64,000 bases of DNA from Planctomycetota bacterium (GTDB lineage: Bacteria > Planctomycetota > B15-G4 > SIAN01), in NCBI GenBank assembly GCA_031409275.1, contig JANNXA010000016.1, positions 64,001-128,000 on the forward strand, in the 5' to 3' direction. Position 1 is the stretch's first letter. Each line of letters opens with the position of its first letter. The notes under the pieces are model-generated. The model was given only the letters and a program-made list of their open reading frames with translations. It did not search any database and was not told where the DNA came from. The position numbers and the translations under genes are program-made. Below, piece by piece: positions 1 to 10,343 of the stretch.

Positions 1-681
1 GAGGTACTCCTTGTAGAGCGCGAGCGCGGGCTTGCCGTCGATCTCGTAGAGGACGTTGCCCGTCGAGCGGGTGATGCGCCGCTCTGGACCGAAGATGTCC
101 CAGCCGCCCTTCGAGCCGTGGCCGACCTTCACCGCGGCGCCGTAGAACCCGACCGCGCTGACGACGCCCGACGTCGGCTGATCGTCGTGCAGCACCCACG
201 TGCTCTGGAAGCGACTGCCGTCGCCCGCAAGGCCGCCGGTCACGACCACCTCGCGCGGTGCCACCGAGTTGATGCCTGCCACGAGCTCGCTGCCGTTGAC
301 GCAGAGCCCGTCGGAAAGGACGAAGATCGCCATGAGGTCGGGCGCGAGCAGCGTCCGCGCGAGCTCGGCGCCGGCGCGCTTCGAGTCGGCCGCCGTCGCC
401 ACGACTTGATGCGCGGCGCGCACGTGCCCCTTCTCGAGCGTGAGGACCGCCACCGCGAGGGTGTCATCGTCGACGCGCGTGTCGAGGATCTCGCCCGCCG
501 TCGAGCAGCCGACACGGACGGCGCTCGGATAGGCGCGCGCGAGCTCGGCGAACGGCTCAGGCCGCTGCGCATAGCTCGAGCCGCCGAAGACGATCACGAC
601 GCTCGCGGGCTGCGGCGCGGTCGGAAGCGGTTTCGGCGACCAACCGCGAGTGAGGTGATGGCTGGCGATCTCGAGTTTCAT
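1..681 (-). CDS. FIST-domain signal transduction protein (runs off the window start)
   Basis: Not in the ORF track because it is truncated. The minus strand reads from ATG at 681 (MKLEIAS...) to ...GNVLYEIDGKPALALYKEYL at base 1, a typical FIST_C motif. Confidence 0.85.
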   Translation of the reverse strand, partial: MKLEIASHHLTRGWSPKPLPTAPQPASVVIVFGGSSYAQRPEPFAELARAYPSAVRVGCSTAGEILDTRVDDDTLAVAVLTLEKGHVRAAHQVVATAADSKRAGAELARTLLAPDLMAIFVLSDGLCVNGSELVAGINSVAPREVVVTGGLAGDGSRFQSTWVLHDDQPTSGVVSAVGFYGAAVKVGHGSKGGWDIFGPERRITRSTGNVLYEIDGKPALALYKEYL

Positions 682-798
682 GCGTGCGATCCAGCGACGA
701 CGAGTGGTGGCGTGACGTCGAGGCTTCGGATCACCGGAATCGAGAACGTGAGCGACTCGGGCGGACGTGAAAACGATTCCCGCCTGGCGCCGCTCTCA

Positions 799-956
799 GG
801 GCGCCTGACAGAATGGACGCGTCGCGCCGAGACCGAGCGAGGCCACCCAGGACGAGGAGACCGAAGCAGGCGACTCTGAAGAGTCGCCGATGGAGGTCGA
901 CGGAGTCATGGGTGGCCGCAGCCGGTCGAACGCAGCGGACATTCTGTGAGGCGCCC
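799..956. mobile_element. 158-bp MITE-like element, copy 1
   Basis: 17-bp terminal inverted repeats GGGCGCCTGACAGAATG / CATTCTGTGAGGCGCCC (1 mismatch), flanked by TCA on both sides (796-798, 957-959). 147/158 identical to 22390-22547. Confidence 0.8.
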
Positions 957-2441
957 TCAGTCGCGCGGGGCCGCGGAAAGCACCACCTTCAGGTCGGGCG
1001 TCTTCCCGTCCTGGACCACGCGCGGGAGCGCCACGCGCGTCGGCGCGATGCCGCTGGCGAGCAGCAGGCCGGTGAAGTTGTCGCGCCATTCGAGCTCGAG
1101 CGCGACGGCGCCGATCGGGAGTTCGAGCTCGGGAGGCGTGCGTGAGAGCGGATCGGCGAAGCCGTGGCCCACTTCGGCGCCATCGCTGGCGCGGAACGTC
1201 GCGACGAGCGTGCGCGGGATCACGATCTGCTCGTTCACGTCGCGCGGCGCCTCGGCCGGCCATTCGAGCAGCAGGCGCACGATCCGCGTCGGCGGGCGCA
1301 CCGGCTTGATGCGCAGGTCGAGCCGCTCGACCTCGCGACCGCCAAGCTCCACCACCACCTCGTGCAGCGTCGCCACGACGCCATCGGTGCGGACGATCTG
1401 CAGTCGCCACCGCCCCGCCGGCAGCGGACCGAGCGCGAAGCTGCCGTCGCCGCCGAGCGGCGCGAAGCCGCCCTGCAGCGCAGCGGAGTGGCCCGCGACG
1501 TCCGACGCCGCGAGGCGCGCCACACTCGCGATCGCTTGCGGCAGAGGCGCCTCGATTCCATCCCACGCCGCACTGCCGACGATGCGGAAGCCCGGCTGCA
1601 GTTCCACCAGCACGTCCCGGTCATCGCGCTCGCCAAGCTCGAGCGTGAACTCCGCCGGCAGCTGACCCGCCACCCGAACGACGCCGCTCCAACGGCCCGC
1701 ATCGAGCGCCGTGAAGCGAGCGCGCCCCTCCTCGTCGAGCCAGACGCCGCGCCGCGCGCTGCCCTGGCGGAGCAGCACGCCGGCGCGATCGTCGAGATCG
1801 GGCTTCGGGTTCGGGCGCACCACGATCGTCGCGGCGCAACCCGCTGCCGCGATCGCCGAGAGGTCGACGCGCAACGTGAACGGCGTCGTCAGCTCCGATT
1901 CGAGGAAGGTCGCGAAGCGCCGACCGCCCAGCATCAGCTCCGCCTCGATCTCGCTGCGATCGAGCGGCGCCAGCAACGACGCGGTCAGATCTCCGTTCGG
2001 ATTGCGGGTGAACTCCGCGAGCCGCGCGCCGCGCTGCACCAGCCAGACACGCGGGATGGTGCCGGCGGCCGCTGCCGTCAGCGTCGGCTCGTCGAGCGGG
2101 CGCGCGTGCTCGTCGGCCAACGCACCCGTCACCTCGACCCGCTCGCGGCGCAGCGGCTCGAAAGCGAGATCGTCGCGCGACACGAGCGGCGCGGCGGGAG
2201 GAGGGACGGCAGCGCTCGCGGGAGCCGCGGCGCGCGCAACGTCGTTGCGACGCCGCGCGACTTCATCCAACGCGGCGGGCGCCGCGCGATCGCCCTCGGC
2301 CGGCATCTCGAACTCGTTGCCCACGAAAATGCGCGTCGCGCCTCGCTCGCCGACCAGTGCCCAGGTCAGGAGCACGCCGATCAACGCGATCGCGCCACCA
2401 GCAGCGAGCACGATCAGGCGCGACCGAGGTGCGGCGCTCAT
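957..2441 (-). CDS. Membrane-anchored protein with carboxypeptidase-regulatory-like (transthyretin-like beta-sandwich) domains
   Basis: N-terminal hydrophobic helix (LIVLAAGGAIALIGVLLTWALV). Motifs DEEGRARFTALDAGRW and GDGSFALGPLPAGRWRL are typical of CarboxypepD_reg repeats. Confidence 0.65.
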   Translation of the reverse strand: MSAAPRSRLIVLAAGGAIALIGVLLTWALVGERGATRIFVGNEFEMPAEGDRAAPAALDEVARRRNDVARAAAPASAAVPPPAAPLVSRDDLAFEPLRRERVEVTGALADEHARPLDEPTLTAAAAGTIPRVWLVQRGARLAEFTRNPNGDLTASLLAPLDRSEIEAELMLGGRRFATFLESELTTPFTLRVDLSAIAAAGCAATIVVRPNPKPDLDDRAGVLLRQGSARRGVWLDEEGRARFTALDAGRWSGVVRVAGQLPAEFTLELGERDDRDVLVELQPGFRIVGSAAWDGIEAPLPQAIASVARLAASDVAGHSAALQGGFAPLGGDGSFALGPLPAGRWRLQIVRTDGVVATLHEVVVELGGREVERLDLRIKPVRPPTRIVRLLLEWPAEAPRDVNEQIVIPRTLVATFRASDGAEVGHGFADPLSRTPPELELPIGAVALELEWRDNFTGLLLASGIAPTRVALPRVVQDGKTPDLKVVLSAAPRD

Positions 2442-2519
2442 CGATCCACTCCACTGCCAGCGACACCGGGCACGCAGCCAATCTCGCAGGACCTGCTTCG
2501 AACCAAGCTCGCAACGCGC

Positions 2520-5309
2520 TCAGCGCCCCGCCGCAAACGCCCCATCGAGCAGCCGCTGCAGCTCGATCTTGTGGCTCGCGTGCGAACCGGTGGCGGGGCT
2601 CGCCGAAGCGGGACGACTCACGCAGCGCAACACGCGGCCGTCGGGGAGGCGCTCGCCGAAGCGGCGGCGCAGGTACGGCCACGCTCCCATGTTCTCGGGC
2701 TCGTCCTGCACGAACAGGACGGGTGCGAGCGATGCGCCGGCGACCACGGGGCCGCTGCTGGCGGCAAGCGCAGCGCACAGCGCCGAGTCGGCCAGCGGAT
2801 AGGGCTGCTCCAGTCGGACGATCGCGATGTCGTGCGCGCCGCGCTTCACGCGCTCCTGCTCGAGGTCGTAGCAAAGCTTGCCGCTGACCAGCAACACGCG
2901 ACGCACCGGCGACGACGCGGCCGCGCGAGCCTCAGGCAACAGCCGCGCGAAGCGGCCGCCGGCCAGCTCCTCCAAGCTCGACGTGCTGGCCGCGCTGCGC
3001 AGCAAGCTCTTCGGCGTCAGCACGATCAGCGGCTTCCTCCACTTGCGCAGCGCCTGGCGGCGCAAGAGATGGAAGTACTGCGCCGGCGTCGTCGGCTGCA
3101 CGAGCTGCAGGTTGTCGGTCGCCGCGAGTTCGAGGAAGCGCTCGGGCCGAGCGCTCGAATGCTCTGGACCGGCCCCTTCGTAGCCGTGCGGCAGCAGCAG
3201 CACGAGGCCGGAAAGGCGCCGCCACTTCGTCTCGGCGCTCGCGAGGAACTGATCGAGGATCGGCTGCGCGACGTTGACGAAGTCGCCGAACTGCGCCTCC
3301 CACAGCACCAGCGCGTCGGGCGCATCGAGGCTGTAGCCATACTCGAAGCCCAGCACGCCGGTCTCGCTGAGCGCGCTGTTGACGATCGCGACCTTCGCCT
3401 GGCCGGGCGTGGCCGCGGCGAGCGGCATGAAGCGCTTGCCGTCGTGGACGTCGTGCAGCACCGCGTGGCGATGGCTGAAGGTGCCGCGCTCGCTGTCCTG
3501 TCCGGTGAGGCGGATCGCCACTCCTTGCGCCGCGAGCGTCGCGAAGGCGAGCGCCTCGGCGGCCGCCCAATCGAGCGGCAGCTCTCCGCGCGCCATCGCG
3601 CGCCGCTGCTCCAACAACCGCTCGATCTTCGCGTGCGGCCGGAAGCCCTCAGGCACGCGCGTCAACGCCTCGAGCAGCTCGACGAGGCGCGCGCGCGCGA
3701 CGCCGGTCTCGACCTCGGGCGCTCGCTCGTCGAGGCCGCCGAGATAGCCGTCCCACAAGCCGCCCGGCAGGTCGAGCTTCTGCACGTACTCGCGGCTCTT
3801 CGCCACGGTGAGCTCGCGTTCGAGCAGCGCCTTGCGCTCGGCGGCGATGGCGTCAGCTTCTTCGCGCGCGATGCCGCCGCGCTGCAGCAGGTGGTCGACG
3901 TAGCCGGCACGCACCGACTGGCGCCGCTGGATCGCCTGATAGAGCAGCGGCTGCGTGAAGGTCGGCTCGTCGCCCTCGTTGTGGCCGCGCAGCCGATAGC
4001 ACCACATGTCAATCACGACATCACGGCGGAACTGCGCCCGGAAATCGAGCGCGAGCTTCACGACCTGCGCGACCGCCTCCGGATCCTCGCCGTTCACGTG
4101 GAAGATCGGCACCTGCAGCAGCTTCGCCACGTCGGTCGCGTAGGTGCTGCTGCGCGACTCCTCGGGCGGCGTCGTGAAGCCGATCTGGTTGTTGACGATG
4201 ACGTGCAGCGTGCCGCCGGTCGTGTAGGCCGGCAGCTCGGAGAGGTTCAGCGTCTCCTGCACGATCCCCTCGCCGGCGAATGCGGCGTCGCCGTGGATCA
4301 GCAGGACGAGCCCCTTCTCGCGCCGCTCGTCGCCGACGCGCTCCATCTTCGCGCGCATGCGGCCGAGCGCGACCGGGTTGACCAGCTCCAAGTGGCTCGG
4401 GTTGAAGCACAACGAAAGGTGCACCTTGCGGCCGGCCGCCGTGGTCCACGTCGAACCGTGGCCCAGGTGGTACTTCACGTCGCCGCCGCCGAGGTTCAAC
4501 TCCGCGTCGACATCGGCGAACTCGCGGAAGATCTGGCGCGGCGACTTGCCGAGGATGTTGGCCAGCACGTTCAAACGCCCGCGGTGCGCCATCCCGATGA
4601 CGACCTCGTCGACTCCCTGCTGCCCCGCCTTCTCCAGAGCCAGATCGAGGAGAGGGATCAGCGACTCGGCGCCTTCGAGGCTGAAGCTCTTGGCGCCGAC
4701 GAACTTCTTCTGCACGAACTCCTCGAAGATCGCCGCGTCGGTGAGGCGCGTGAGGATGCGCAGCTGCTCGTTCTTGCCGAGCACGATGCGGTTGCGCGAC
4801 GCCTCCATCCGATCCTGCAGCCAGCGGCGCACCGCGAGGTCGTCGATGTGCATGAACTGCGCGCCGATCGAGCGGCAGTAGGTGTCCGCAAGGCGCTCGA
4901 CGACGCCGCGCACCGTGAAGGGGCCGTCGCCGGCGATCGTCTCGCGCGAGACCGGGCGCTCGAAGTCGTCGGCGCCGATCCCCCAGAAGGCGGGGTCGAG
5001 TTCGGGCGGGCGCGGTCGTTCGCGGCCGAGCGGGTCGAGCGTGGCGACCATGTGGCCGCGCACGCGGTAGTTGCGCACGAACTGATCGACGCGGTGCTGG
5101 AGCGCATCACTGCCGGCGGCGGACGGCGCGGCGGGCGCGACCGGCGACGGAGCGAAGCGCGAGCCGCTCGTCGGCACGTTCGGCCGCACCGCGGTGCGCT
5201 CCATTCGAGAGGCGCGCGCGGCGAAGTGCGGCGCCATGCGCCCGCGCGGTGCTGGTGCGGACGCCTGCTGCGCTTCGAGCCAGGCGACGCTTTCAGGCGA
5301 GACGTCCAT
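2520..5309 (-). CDS. sucA: 2-oxoglutarate dehydrogenase E1 component
   Basis: [41 protein letters not shown] (TPP motif), [47 protein letters not shown]. Confidence 0.97.
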   Translation of the reverse strand: MDVSPESVAWLEAQQASAPAPRGRMAPHFAARASRMERTAVRPNVPTSGSRFAPSPVAPAAPSAAGSDALQHRVDQFVRNYRVRGHMVATLDPLGRERPRPPELDPAFWGIGADDFERPVSRETIAGDGPFTVRGVVERLADTYCRSIGAQFMHIDDLAVRRWLQDRMEASRNRIVLGKNEQLRILTRLTDAAIFEEFVQKKFVGAKSFSLEGAESLIPLLDLALEKAGQQGVDEVVIGMAHRGRLNVLANILGKSPRQIFREFADVDAELNLGGGDVKYHLGHGSTWTTAAGRKVHLSLCFNPSHLELVNPVALGRMRAKMERVGDERREKGLVLLIHGDAAFAGEGIVQETLNLSELPAYTTGGTLHVIVNNQIGFTTPPEESRSSTYATDVAKLLQVPIFHVNGEDPEAVAQVVKLALDFRAQFRRDVVIDMWCYRLRGHNEGDEPTFTQPLLYQAIQRRQSVRAGYVDHLLQRGGIAREEADAIAAERKALLERELTVAKSREYVQKLDLPGGLWDGYLGGLDERAPEVETGVARARLVELLEALTRVPEGFRPHAKIERLLEQRRAMARGELPLDWAAAEALAFATLAAQGVAIRLTGQDSERGTFSHRHAVLHDVHDGKRFMPLAAATPGQAKVAIVNSALSETGVLGFEYGYSLDAPDALVLWEAQFGDFVNVAQPILDQFLASAETKWRRLSGLVLLLPHGYEGAGPEHSSARPERFLELAATDNLQLVQPTTPAQYFHLLRRQALRKWRKPLIVLTPKSLLRSAASTSSLEELAGGRFARLLPEARAAASSPVRRVLLVSGKLCYDLEQERVKRGAHDIAIVRLEQPYPLADSALCAALAASSGPVVAGASLAPVLFVQDEPENMGAWPYLRRRFGERLPDGRVLRCVSRPASASPATGSHASHKIELQRLLDGAFAAGR

Positions 5310-5311
5310 AT

Positions 5312-7219
5312 CTACTGATCGTCCCCGGCGTCCTCACCACGCGGCGGCGACTTCGCGCCACGGCGGCGCGGCGGCTTCGCCACTCCGTTCTCGCGATCGC
5401 GTTCGCGCGCGCTGGGAGCGTCGGCGCGGCGATACCACTCGACGAAGACGCCAGCCATCTCGTCCCAGATCTGCGGCCCTTGCTCGACCCAGACGTTGGG
5501 GTTGGGGTTGAAGGGGTTGTTCTTGCTGTTGTCGAAGTAGCTGGTGCAACGCACCAGCGTGCCGCGCTCGACCGGGATCGGCGTCACGAACTCGTAGGCG
5601 TACTGCCAATCGGGATGCCATTTCTCGAGTTCGAGCGGCACGGTGCGAGTGCCGTCCGGCGCGATGAATTCGACCGTCACCGACTTGCCGCGCAGGTGCA
5701 TGTGCGGGATGAGGCGACGAATCATCGCGGCGAAGGGGAACTTGTATTCGGAGACGACCTCGTAGTGCTCGATGTTCGGCGGGATGCGCAGCTCGTACTC
5801 GCGGACGATCTTGCCGCTGACACGGTACTCGGGCGGTCCCGCGGCGAACTTGAACCCGATCTTGGTGCGCTCCTTCACCGGCGTCCCGTCCGGTGTGTAG
5901 TGCAGGTTGAAGCGGATCACCGCCCCCTTCTCGAGCAGCAGCGCTTGATCGGGAGGGAAGACGGTGGCCGCGCGTCCCGGCAGGTAGGAGTCGATGAACT
6001 CCATCGACTGCTGCTCGGGGTAGTAGGCGTGCGCGAGGACGTGGTGGCAGATGGTCGGATGCTCGGCGAGGATCTGGATCGCGGAGATCCAGACGTCTTC
6101 CTTCAAGTCGGTCGGAACATTGATCGTGAGGTATTCGACGACGCCCGTCGCCGGGATGTTGACCACGCGCGACTCGACGATCAGGTCGGGCTTGCCGATG
6201 GTCCAACCGCTCGGCCATGTCGGCGCGGGCATCGCCAGCGATTCATCCCCTACCGGACATTTCGCGTCGAGCCACGCCAGCAGCGCCGCTTTCTGATCGT
6301 CGGGCACGCGCATGTCGTGAAGGAAGGGGCCGCTGCTTGCGGTCGCGTTCCACGGCGGCATCGCGCCCGAGCGCAACACTTCGCGAATCATCGCCGCGTT
6401 GCCCGCGAAGTCCTCGGCGCTGCACAGTTCGAAACCTGCGGGGCCGCCGGTGCGGTGGCAACCCTGGCAGCGGTCGCGCGCGATCGGCTCGATGCCGCCG
6501 AACCAGGCGAGCGGCGCCGACGCGACCGGTTCGGGCGGAGCGGTGAGGAACTCGAGCAGGCAGCCGGGCGCGCTCAGTGCCGGTTGCTCGATCCGCTCGC
6601 CGGCGAGCAGCGCACCGAGCGCCTCCTTCAGGTAGTCGCGAGTCGCGGCCGGCTTCGAAGCGCCGCGCCCGATCTGGTCGTCGATGGCACCGCGGTAGCG
6701 CAACCGCCGCTGCGGATCGAGCACGAAGACGTCGCCGGTGGAGCGCACGCGAAGGTGCCAACCGAAACGCCCCTCGTGGTCGCGCGCGTAGCGGCCCGCG
6801 AAACCGAACTGAGTCGCTTCGGCGCGGCACTCCTCGACCGAATCGTCGCTGGTCGGGTTCACGTAGAGGAACGCGACCCCGCGCGCCGCGAAGTCGCGCT
6901 CGATCTCGGCGATGCGCAGTCCATACCGCTTCGAAACGGGGCATCCGACATCGCGCACGACGATCACCAGCGCGGCATTCGTCGCGTAGCTCGACAGGCG
7001 GCCGTCCTTGCCTTCGAGGTCGCAGAAGGCGAGGTCGGGGACCACCTGCCCGATCCCCCACTTGGCGGGATCGAGGACGTCCGCAAACTCGGCCGGCGCC
7101 AACGTCCCGTCGCCGGCGGGTGCCGATTGCGGCGCCGACTGCGGCGCGGCGCAGAGGAGCGACCACGGCAGCAAGACGGCAGCGAGCCCTGCAACGACAC
7201 GCATCGATTGTCGATCCAT
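5312..7219 (-). CDS. Secreted redoxin + c-type heme + copper type II monooxygenase-like multidomain protein
   Basis: Signal peptide; AhpC/TSA-like domain ([15 protein letters not shown]); CQGCH heme motif; MPPW; C-terminal [10 protein letters not shown] and DEM motifs resembling PHM/DBM monooxygenases. Confidence 0.8.
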   Translation of the reverse strand: MDRQSMRVVAGLAAVLLPWSLLCAAPQSAPQSAPAGDGTLAPAEFADVLDPAKWGIGQVVPDLAFCDLEGKDGRLSSYATNAALVIVVRDVGCPVSKRYGLRIAEIERDFAARGVAFLYVNPTSDDSVEECRAEATQFGFAGRYARDHEGRFGWHLRVRSTGDVFVLDPQRRLRYRGAIDDQIGRGASKPAATRDYLKEALGALLAGERIEQPALSAPGCLLEFLTAPPEPVASAPLAWFGGIEPIARDRCQGCHRTGGPAGFELCSAEDFAGNAAMIREVLRSGAMPPWNATASSGPFLHDMRVPDDQKAALLAWLDAKCPVGDESLAMPAPTWPSGWTIGKPDLIVESRVVNIPATGVVEYLTINVPTDLKEDVWISAIQILAEHPTICHHVLAHAYYPEQQSMEFIDSYLPGRAATVFPPDQALLLEKGAVIRFNLHYTPDGTPVKERTKIGFKFAAGPPEYRVSGKIVREYELRIPPNIEHYEVVSEYKFPFAAMIRRLIPHMHLRGKSVTVEFIAPDGTRTVPLELEKWHPDWQYAYEFVTPIPVERGTLVRCTSYFDNSKNNPFNPNPNVWVEQGPQIWDEMAGVFVEWYRRADAPSARERDRENGVAKPPRRRGAKSPPRGEDAGDDQ

Positions 7220-7297
7220 CCAAGGTCGAGCGAGCGCGGCGGAGCATAGCTCCGCTTTTCGAGTCGTCAGGAGCTGCGCCCCGCGGGGCCGGAATCC

Positions 7298-9754
7298 TCA
7301 GCGAATCGCGCGCACCTGCATGTCGCGGCCGAAGCGGGCAGCCGCCCGCCACGTCTGCTCGATCGGGTGGAGCGACGGCTCGCGGAAGCCGGCGGCGACG
7401 AGTTCCTTGGCCAGCGTCTCCGGTGTCCAGCCCCAGTGGTGGCGCATCGGCAGCTCGGCGGCGCGGTTCGGATCGCCGTAGATGCCGATCATCGTGAGGT
7501 CGTCGCCGCGCTCGTCGAAGTGGCTTCCGAGCTCGCGAACGCAGACCGCAAGGTTCGGGCACTCGATCGCCAGCGTGCCGCCCGGCGCCAGCACGCGCTG
7601 CCACTCGCGCAGCGCGCGGCGCGCCTGCTCGCGCGTGAGATGCTCGAAGAGGTGGAAGCTGCGGATCGCCTCGATCGAGCCGTCGGGGAGCGCGGAGAGG
7701 TCGGTGACGTCGAGGAAGAGATCGGCCTTCGCAGTCGGCGCGCAGTCGACGTTGATCGAGTCGGCGTCGGGCCGCGGCCCGCAGCCGAGCAGCAGCCGGC
7801 GCGGCTTGCCGCTCGCGAAGAGGCGCTCCACGTCGGCGCGCGTCGAGCGGCGCGGCGCGGCGGCCACCGCCGTCGTCGCTGCCGCCGGCACGAAGTCGCG
7901 CCAGAGCGCGAGGTCGAGTTCCGGCACCAGCGCGGCCGTGGCCTGCACGTCACTCGCGAAGTAGTCGGCCAGACGCGCGCGCGCGGCGGCGTCGGGCTTC
8001 GGCACGAGGTAGGGCTTCTGGTTCACCGGCCGCTCGAAGTCGCGCGGCGTGCAGCGCGGATCGATGCCGAGGAACTCGCAGGTGCGCTTCCACGCCGGCC
8101 GCGGATCGTCGCGCAGCGCTTCGTACTGCAGCAGCAGCACTTGCGACCTCGGCACGCGCGCGAAGAGCTGGCGGAGCGCGTCCGCGATCCGGCAGCTCCA
8201 GAGCGCTTCGGGGAAGAGCGAGTAGTCCTCGAGCAGCCGCTCGCGCTCCCCTTCGAGGCCGAGCAGCTTCTTGCGCCCGTGCAGGAACTGGTTCCAGTTC
8301 GAGACGGCGCGGTCGACCGGATTGCGCAGGATCACCACGAGCTTCGCGTCCGGCGCGGTGTCGAGCAGGTAGCCGAGCGCGAGCGGGTGGTTCAGGAAGT
8401 TGCCCGACCACTCGCCGCACACCTTGCCGTCGGGGCGCGCGAACGCCTCGCGGTAGAGCGCCTTCGCGGCGGCGTCAGGGCCGCGGAAATCGTGGTGGCA
8501 GAAGTAGTGCAGCTCCTTCGCATCCAGGCGGTTCCTCACCACCTGCGGGTGCTGCTGCAACAGCTCGTACCACCAGCTGCCACCCGACTTGCCGCAACCG
8601 AGCCCGACGAAGTCGGGAGGGCCGACCCGCCAGGAGGCGGGCACCGGCGCAAGATCGCCACGCGTGAAGCAAGCGGCCATGCGCGCGCGCGGGCCGGGCG
8701 CAACCGTGGCAACGACCGCGGTGGGCGTCGGTGGCCGCGGCTCGATCACCGTGGTCGCGGCGGAAGGGTCGATCAGCGAGCGCGCCTGCACCATCGCCAG
8801 CAGTCGATCGTGCTGCGAGGTCAGCGCGCACGGATTCGTTCGCCAGCCAATCGGCGGAGCAACGGTGCGCACGCTGCCCGCGCCCGCGTCCTCGAATGCC
8901 TCCTCGCGACCATGCGTGGCGCGCGCCTGCGCGTCGAGCTGCTCGATCTCCGCGGCGGAGAAGGCGCTGGCCCAATACTGGCGGTGGTGCGAGTAGGTGT
9001 CGAAACGGGCGCCGAACGGCTTGGCGGCCGCGAAAAACTGGCGGTCCCAGTCGGCGCCGTAGAGCTTCTGGAAGTAGGGATAGGCGAAGCGGCGCGCGCG
9101 GCGCTGGTACTCGGCGCGCGAGATCGTCTGCGTGTTGACGGCGCCGTAGGTCGAGCCGCCGAGATGGCGGTAGCTCACGGCGTCGCTGTAGCCGAGCCAC
9201 CAACCGCGGCGATGCAGCTGGAACGACAGCTCGTGGATCGCGCCCCAGCAGTAACGGAACGCCGGATTGAGGAACCCGACCTCGCGCACCGCCGTGTCGC
9301 GGATCAGGAAGCCAAGGTAGTCGCAGGTCGTGACCGGACGAACGCTGCCGCCTGCCTGCGCACCGGCTTCGGGATAGTGGCCTCCCACTTCGGTCGGCGA
9401 GACCAAGGCGAGGCGCGGCGCGTGATCGAACGCATCATGCAGCCGCGCCAAGGGATCGACCCCGTCGGGGAAGACGAGGTCGTTCATCACGACCCAGTAG
9501 TCGTCGTAGCCGCCGCGCGCCGCCGCAGCGACCATCGCCTGGCGCAGAGCCAGGTTGTGGCCGAAGCACTTGCCGAGGAAGTCGGGGTCGTCGTAGGCGA
9601 GGGTGGAACGACTGCTCCACTGCTCCGGCGCGCTGCCGCACTCGACGACGTAGAGATCGTGCGGCGTCTTCACGTTGCGCGCCGCCCAATCGCCGAACGA
9701 GTCGACGAGGTCCTTGCGGTTGCGCGAAGCGACGAGGATCGCGGTCCTGCTCAC
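7298..9754 (-). CDS. Fusion protein: GT2-like glycosyltransferase + PAPS-dependent sulfotransferase + class I SAM methyltransferase
   Basis: Probable GTG start at 9754 overlaps the upstream stop (GTGA). GT-A-like part: VVECGS, GHNLAL, WVVMNDL, EVGFLNPAF. Sulfotransferase part: PDFVGLGCGKSGGSW, KELHYF, ILRNPVDRAVS, YEAL. Methyltransferase part: LLLGCGPR, INVD, HLFEHL, RVLAPGG. Confidence 0.8.
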   Translation of the reverse strand: MSRTAILVASRNRKDLVDSFGDWAARNVKTPHDLYVVECGSAPEQWSSRSTLAYDDPDFLGKCFGHNLALRQAMVAAAARGGYDDYWVVMNDLVFPDGVDPLARLHDAFDHAPRLALVSPTEVGGHYPEAGAQAGGSVRPVTTCDYLGFLIRDTAVREVGFLNPAFRYCWGAIHELSFQLHRRGWWLGYSDAVSYRHLGGSTYGAVNTQTISRAEYQRRARRFAYPYFQKLYGADWDRQFFAAAKPFGARFDTYSHHRQYWASAFSAAEIEQLDAQARATHGREEAFEDAGAGSVRTVAPPIGWRTNPCALTSQHDRLLAMVQARSLIDPSAATTVIEPRPPTPTAVVATVAPGPRARMAACFTRGDLAPVPASWRVGPPDFVGLGCGKSGGSWWYELLQQHPQVVRNRLDAKELHYFCHHDFRGPDAAAKALYREAFARPDGKVCGEWSGNFLNHPLALGYLLDTAPDAKLVVILRNPVDRAVSNWNQFLHGRKKLLGLEGERERLLEDYSLFPEALWSCRIADALRQLFARVPRSQVLLLQYEALRDDPRPAWKRTCEFLGIDPRCTPRDFERPVNQKPYLVPKPDAAARARLADYFASDVQATAALVPELDLALWRDFVPAAATTAVAAAPRRSTRADVERLFASGKPRRLLLGCGPRPDADSINVDCAPTAKADLFLDVTDLSALPDGSIEAIRSFHLFEHLTREQARRALREWQRVLAPGGTLAIECPNLAVCVRELGSHFDERGDDLTMIGIYGDPNRAAELPMRHHWGWTPETLAKELVAAGFREPSLHPIEQTWRAAARFGRDMQVRAIR

Positions 9755-10203
9755 AGGTAGCTCTCCTCGCGGTGGATCACCTTGATGACGACGTCGTCCG
9801 CCTCGAGCCGACGCGCGATCTCCTCGACGAGGATCGCGGAGCGATGGCGGCCCGCGTTGCAGCCGAAGCCGACGCGCACGTCGCCGTCGCAATCGAGCAG
9901 CACGCGCAGCAGCGGCACGGTCGCCTCGATGAAGCGGCGGCAGCCGGGCTGTGCCATCACGAACTCGCGCATCGCCGGAGTCACGCGTGCGAAGAGATCC
10001 CAACGCTCGTCGCGTGCCGGGTTCTTCAGGAAGCTGACGTCGAAGTAGTAGTTGGTCGGAGGCGGACCGAACTTGAAGCCGAACGACATCAGCGTCAGGC
10101 GCTTGGTCGCGCTCGGCTGCACGATCGGCGCCACGACGCGACCGTTCGTCTGGACGCCGGCGACGATCGTCGCGCCGGCCGTCGATTCCACCGCTTCCGC
10201 CAT
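9751..10203 (-). CDS. Stand-alone RapZ C-terminal-domain protein
   Basis: SFGFKFGPP...FDVSFLKNP and VGFGCNAGRHRS...VIHRE match the RapZ/YhbJ C-terminal domain. There is no N-terminal P-loop domain. Confidence 0.8.
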   Translation of the reverse strand: MAEAVESTAGATIVAGVQTNGRVVAPIVQPSATKRLTLMSFGFKFGPPPTNYYFDVSFLKNPARDERWDLFARVTPAMREFVMAQPGCRRFIEATVPLLRVLLDCDGDVRVGFGCNAGRHRSAILVEEIARRLEADDVVIKVIHREESYL

Positions 10204-10343
10204 CGCCCCCTCCTTGCGGACGGCCGCGCCAGGCGCGCGCCGTACCGCAGAGGGTCATCGGCTGAAGAGCGATCGACGCTGAAAGAAGGGAAATCGCTGC
10301 CCAAGGTCGGGGGCGGCCCGGGGAACGCGCCGGCCGGAGGCGA

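Noticed and set aside
1164..5318. Long opposite-strand or alternative-frame ORFs (e.g. 1164-5318, 16527-20150, 38053-42264, 44785-47574)
   Set aside because: These are shadow ORFs of real genes in high-GC DNA: Arg/Ala-rich with no recognisable motifs.
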